Origin: Hemiscyllium ocellatum
Lineage: Eukaryota
DNA: 64,000 bases
Direction of reading: 5' to 3'
Assembly (NCBI RefSeq): GCF_020745735.1
Contig: NC_083409.1
Location: forward strand, 11,401,052 to 11,465,051
Below are positions 61,711 through 64,000 of the stretch, piece after piece; position 1 is the stretch's first letter, and every line of letters begins with the position of its first letter. The notes under the pieces are model-generated. The model ran no database searches, had not been told where the DNA came from, and saw only the letters and a program-made list of their open reading frames with translations. Both the position numbers and the translations under genes were made by a program.

Positions 61711-63134
61711 TAACCATGAAAATTGATCTGAATTCAGCAGAGACCACCTTAAGTTCACCTTGAACTTAATACAGCAATTATCAGGTGAAATTTAATCACG
61801 GATCCACTCCATCTTCCACCAGTTTGATCATTTGAATTCTACATCGTTTTTTTTATTTCTCTTGGGATGGGGAATGTATTGACCTGTCTGCTATTTATTA
61901 CCCTTCTCCAATTGCCCAGGAGATGGCAGTGGTGAGCCATGAGTTTCTCGAAGAGGATCTGACAGTGGGACAAGATCATGTGCTGGGCCTGATTACAGCC
62001 AACTCTCAGGGGAATGAGCTGTGGCACAAGGGAAAACCTGGGAGTGATGGAAAGGCAGAGGCAGCCTGACTAGGCTGCGGAGGGGCAGGACCAATTTTGA
62101 TGAATTAGCTGATATCCTTCCAAGCTGAGATGCAGACTCAGGCTTTCAGGGCAGCACAGTTTTTATTTTTTGTTTCTTTTCTATAACCCCACACAGCTGC
62201 CTAACAATGGTGGTGCATATTTTTTCCCCAGCATCCACATTGTATGTGTGCAAGTGTGAGACACAGTGAAAAATGACAAATGCAGAAGTCTTTATTCATT
62301 TTCCACCTCCAGGAAGAAAGGAAATACCCGAGTGGCCAGTGACAAGCAGTGTCCTTCACATCAAAGGCCAATGCTACATGATCAAACAGTGAAGTGGGGG
62401 GGAGGGCAGGGATGGAATCAAAATAGAGTCGGGGGGGAAATAAAACACTCCACACTCCACAGTGCCCACCTCTTGGCTGCACAGCTTACACTGTTACTGA
62501 CCATAGCTCCATGACTGATGAGGCCTACCCCAGGAGAACATCCACAGAAAGCTGCCTCCTGTGTGTCTGATGTGTCTGTTTGTCTCTCGGACGTGACAGA
62601 GCAGGCAGCAAGAGTTTCAGCAGCAACAAAGGTGTTACTCTAGTGCCCCTCCCACTTTCACCCACCCAACTTACAAACTCCTTCCGGGGAAAGGGCTCAG
62701 CACCTGCCATTGCCTGCTTCAATGTGTCCTACACCCTACCTCAAGACAACAGACTCCACTGACCCTACCCCTATCATCTGCTCTCCATCTCTCTCCTGAA
62801 GGCACTATCCCTGGCTGGGAAACATCTCGAATAGCTCATTTCTCCAAGTGTGGGCTGGGATGGGGAAGCAAGGCAGGCTCTTGGACCGTGAGGTGTCAGC
62901 CTGGTCTCAGTGGGGAGCACTCTCCCCTCACACTCACAATGTTGCAGACTGGGTGGATGAGCCATTGGGAAATGCAGGGTTACAGGGATAGTACAGTGGT
63001 TTGGATCTGGGTGGAATGTTCTTCGGAGGATTGGTGTGAACACATTGGGGTGAATGGCCTGCTTCAACATTGTACAGATTCCATCATTACATGATTCTAT
63101 CACTGAAGCAAATTATCCAGACTGAGAGTGCCCC

Positions 63135-63365
63135 ACTGAGGGAGTGCAGCACTGTCAGAAGGACAGTACTGAGGGAGTGCCACGCCATTGGAGGGTCAGT
63201 ACTGATGGAGTGTTGCACTAATGATGGGTTAGTACTGAGGGAGTGCTGCACTATCAAAGGGTGAGTACTGTAGGAGTGCTGCACTGTCAGAAAGTCAGTA
63301 CTGAGACAGTGCCACACTGTCAGAGGGTTCGTACTGAGGGAATGCCACTCTGTCAGAAAGTCAGT
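63135..63365. repeat. 33-bp minisatellite, 7 units
   Basis: ACTGAGGGAGTGCTGCACTGTCAGAGGGTCAGT-like unit. Confidence 0.92.
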
Positions 63366-63528
63366 CTCTCCTCCATGTTGAACAGCAATTAGCGGAAGTT
63401 CTGAGGGTGATGAGGGCACAGAATGTACTCTGGGTGGGGGACTTGAATGTCCACAATCAAAAAATAATTTAAAAATACATCGGGTTTGTTAGGTGTATGA
63501 TACAAATATTAAAATTGATACTTCTGCC

Positions 63529-63617
63529 AGTCCAACGCTCACTTCTCCTGTGCCCTCACCCATGTGACCCTTCCCTCTCCCCTCAGCAAGAGCATCAGGA
63601 GATCAGAATGTGTGTAG
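63529..63617 (+). pseudogene. IGKC: 5'-truncated kappa C exon fragment (SNAHFSCALTHVTLPSPLSKSIRRSECV*)
   Basis: 85/89 nt identical to 49920-50008. No acceptor, first Cys or Trp upstream. The 3'UTR homology continues to the window end. Confidence 0.93.
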
Positions 63618-63764
63618 AGTGTTGGAGACAGTCCACACAGGAGACACAACTTTAAATAGAACAGGGCTGAGCTGGCAGGACAAAGGTTATTGTCAACACT
63701 GAATTTCAACTCTCTTCCTTCTTGAGACTGGCCTCTGGGAGACTCTGAGGTTCAGGGGTTAAGG

Positions 63765-64000
63765 CAGGTTACTGTGACACTGTAGAGAGAGCTTCACTCT
63801 GTTCCCAACCAGTGCTGTCCCTGTCCTGGGAGTGTTTGACGAGGACAATGTGGAGACAGCATTATTCAGTTTCTTATCCTGTCCCTGTCCTGGGTGTCTT
63901 TGGTGGGAACAGTACGGAAAGAGCTTTACTCTGGATCTAACCGTATTCTGTCCCTGTCCAGGAGACTGTTTGTTGGGGACAATGTTGACTTGTAATAACA
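63765..64000 (+). repeat. ~65-70-bp tandem repeat in the 3'UTR of the orphan C
   Basis: Three CTGTCCCTGTCC(T/A)GG..TTTG..GG.ACA units, versus one unit at ~50170-50250 in the intact gene. Confidence 0.7.

Overview
Repeat-rich vertebrate genomic DNA from a cartilaginous fish. The Ig sequences match what I recall of nurse-shark NS4/kappa, so a carpet-shark-like species is likely (inference). The window holds an immunoglobulin kappa-type light-chain locus in shark cluster organisation. (1) An apparently intact, unrearranged cluster lies on the + strand: promoter ~37114-37211, leader 37272-37320, V 37507-37805 with 12-RSS, 23-RSS and J 38309-38343, an ~11.3 kb intron, C 49680-50008 and polyA 50533. 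(2) A head-to-head inverted paralogue lies on the - strand: leader 3161-3209, V pseudogene 2679-2974 (stop codon, Cys23->Trp, dead heptamer) and J 2133-2167 (GC donor); its C would lie left of the window. (3) A 5'-truncated orphan C fragment starts at 63529. Most of the remainder is decayed retroelements: CR1 LINEs (some with esterase ORF1), L2, HE1-like and Deu-domain SINEs, a Gmr1-like Gypsy remnant, a Penelope-like element and several minisatellites. The most interesting unexplained signals are: a conserved antisense first-exon/promoter-like cassette just 3' of each J; gene-conversion-like identity tracts between the live and dead V; a duplicated Ets-IRF (EICE) enhancer-like block ~5-6 kb upstream of each V; a possible inversional V2-to-J1 inter-cluster rearrangement; a strong CTCF motif 3' of C; and two families of TSD-flanked hairpin mini-elements carrying minimal hammerhead-ribozyme cores. 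Coordinates were read by eye; TE boundaries are approximate and no database searches were run.
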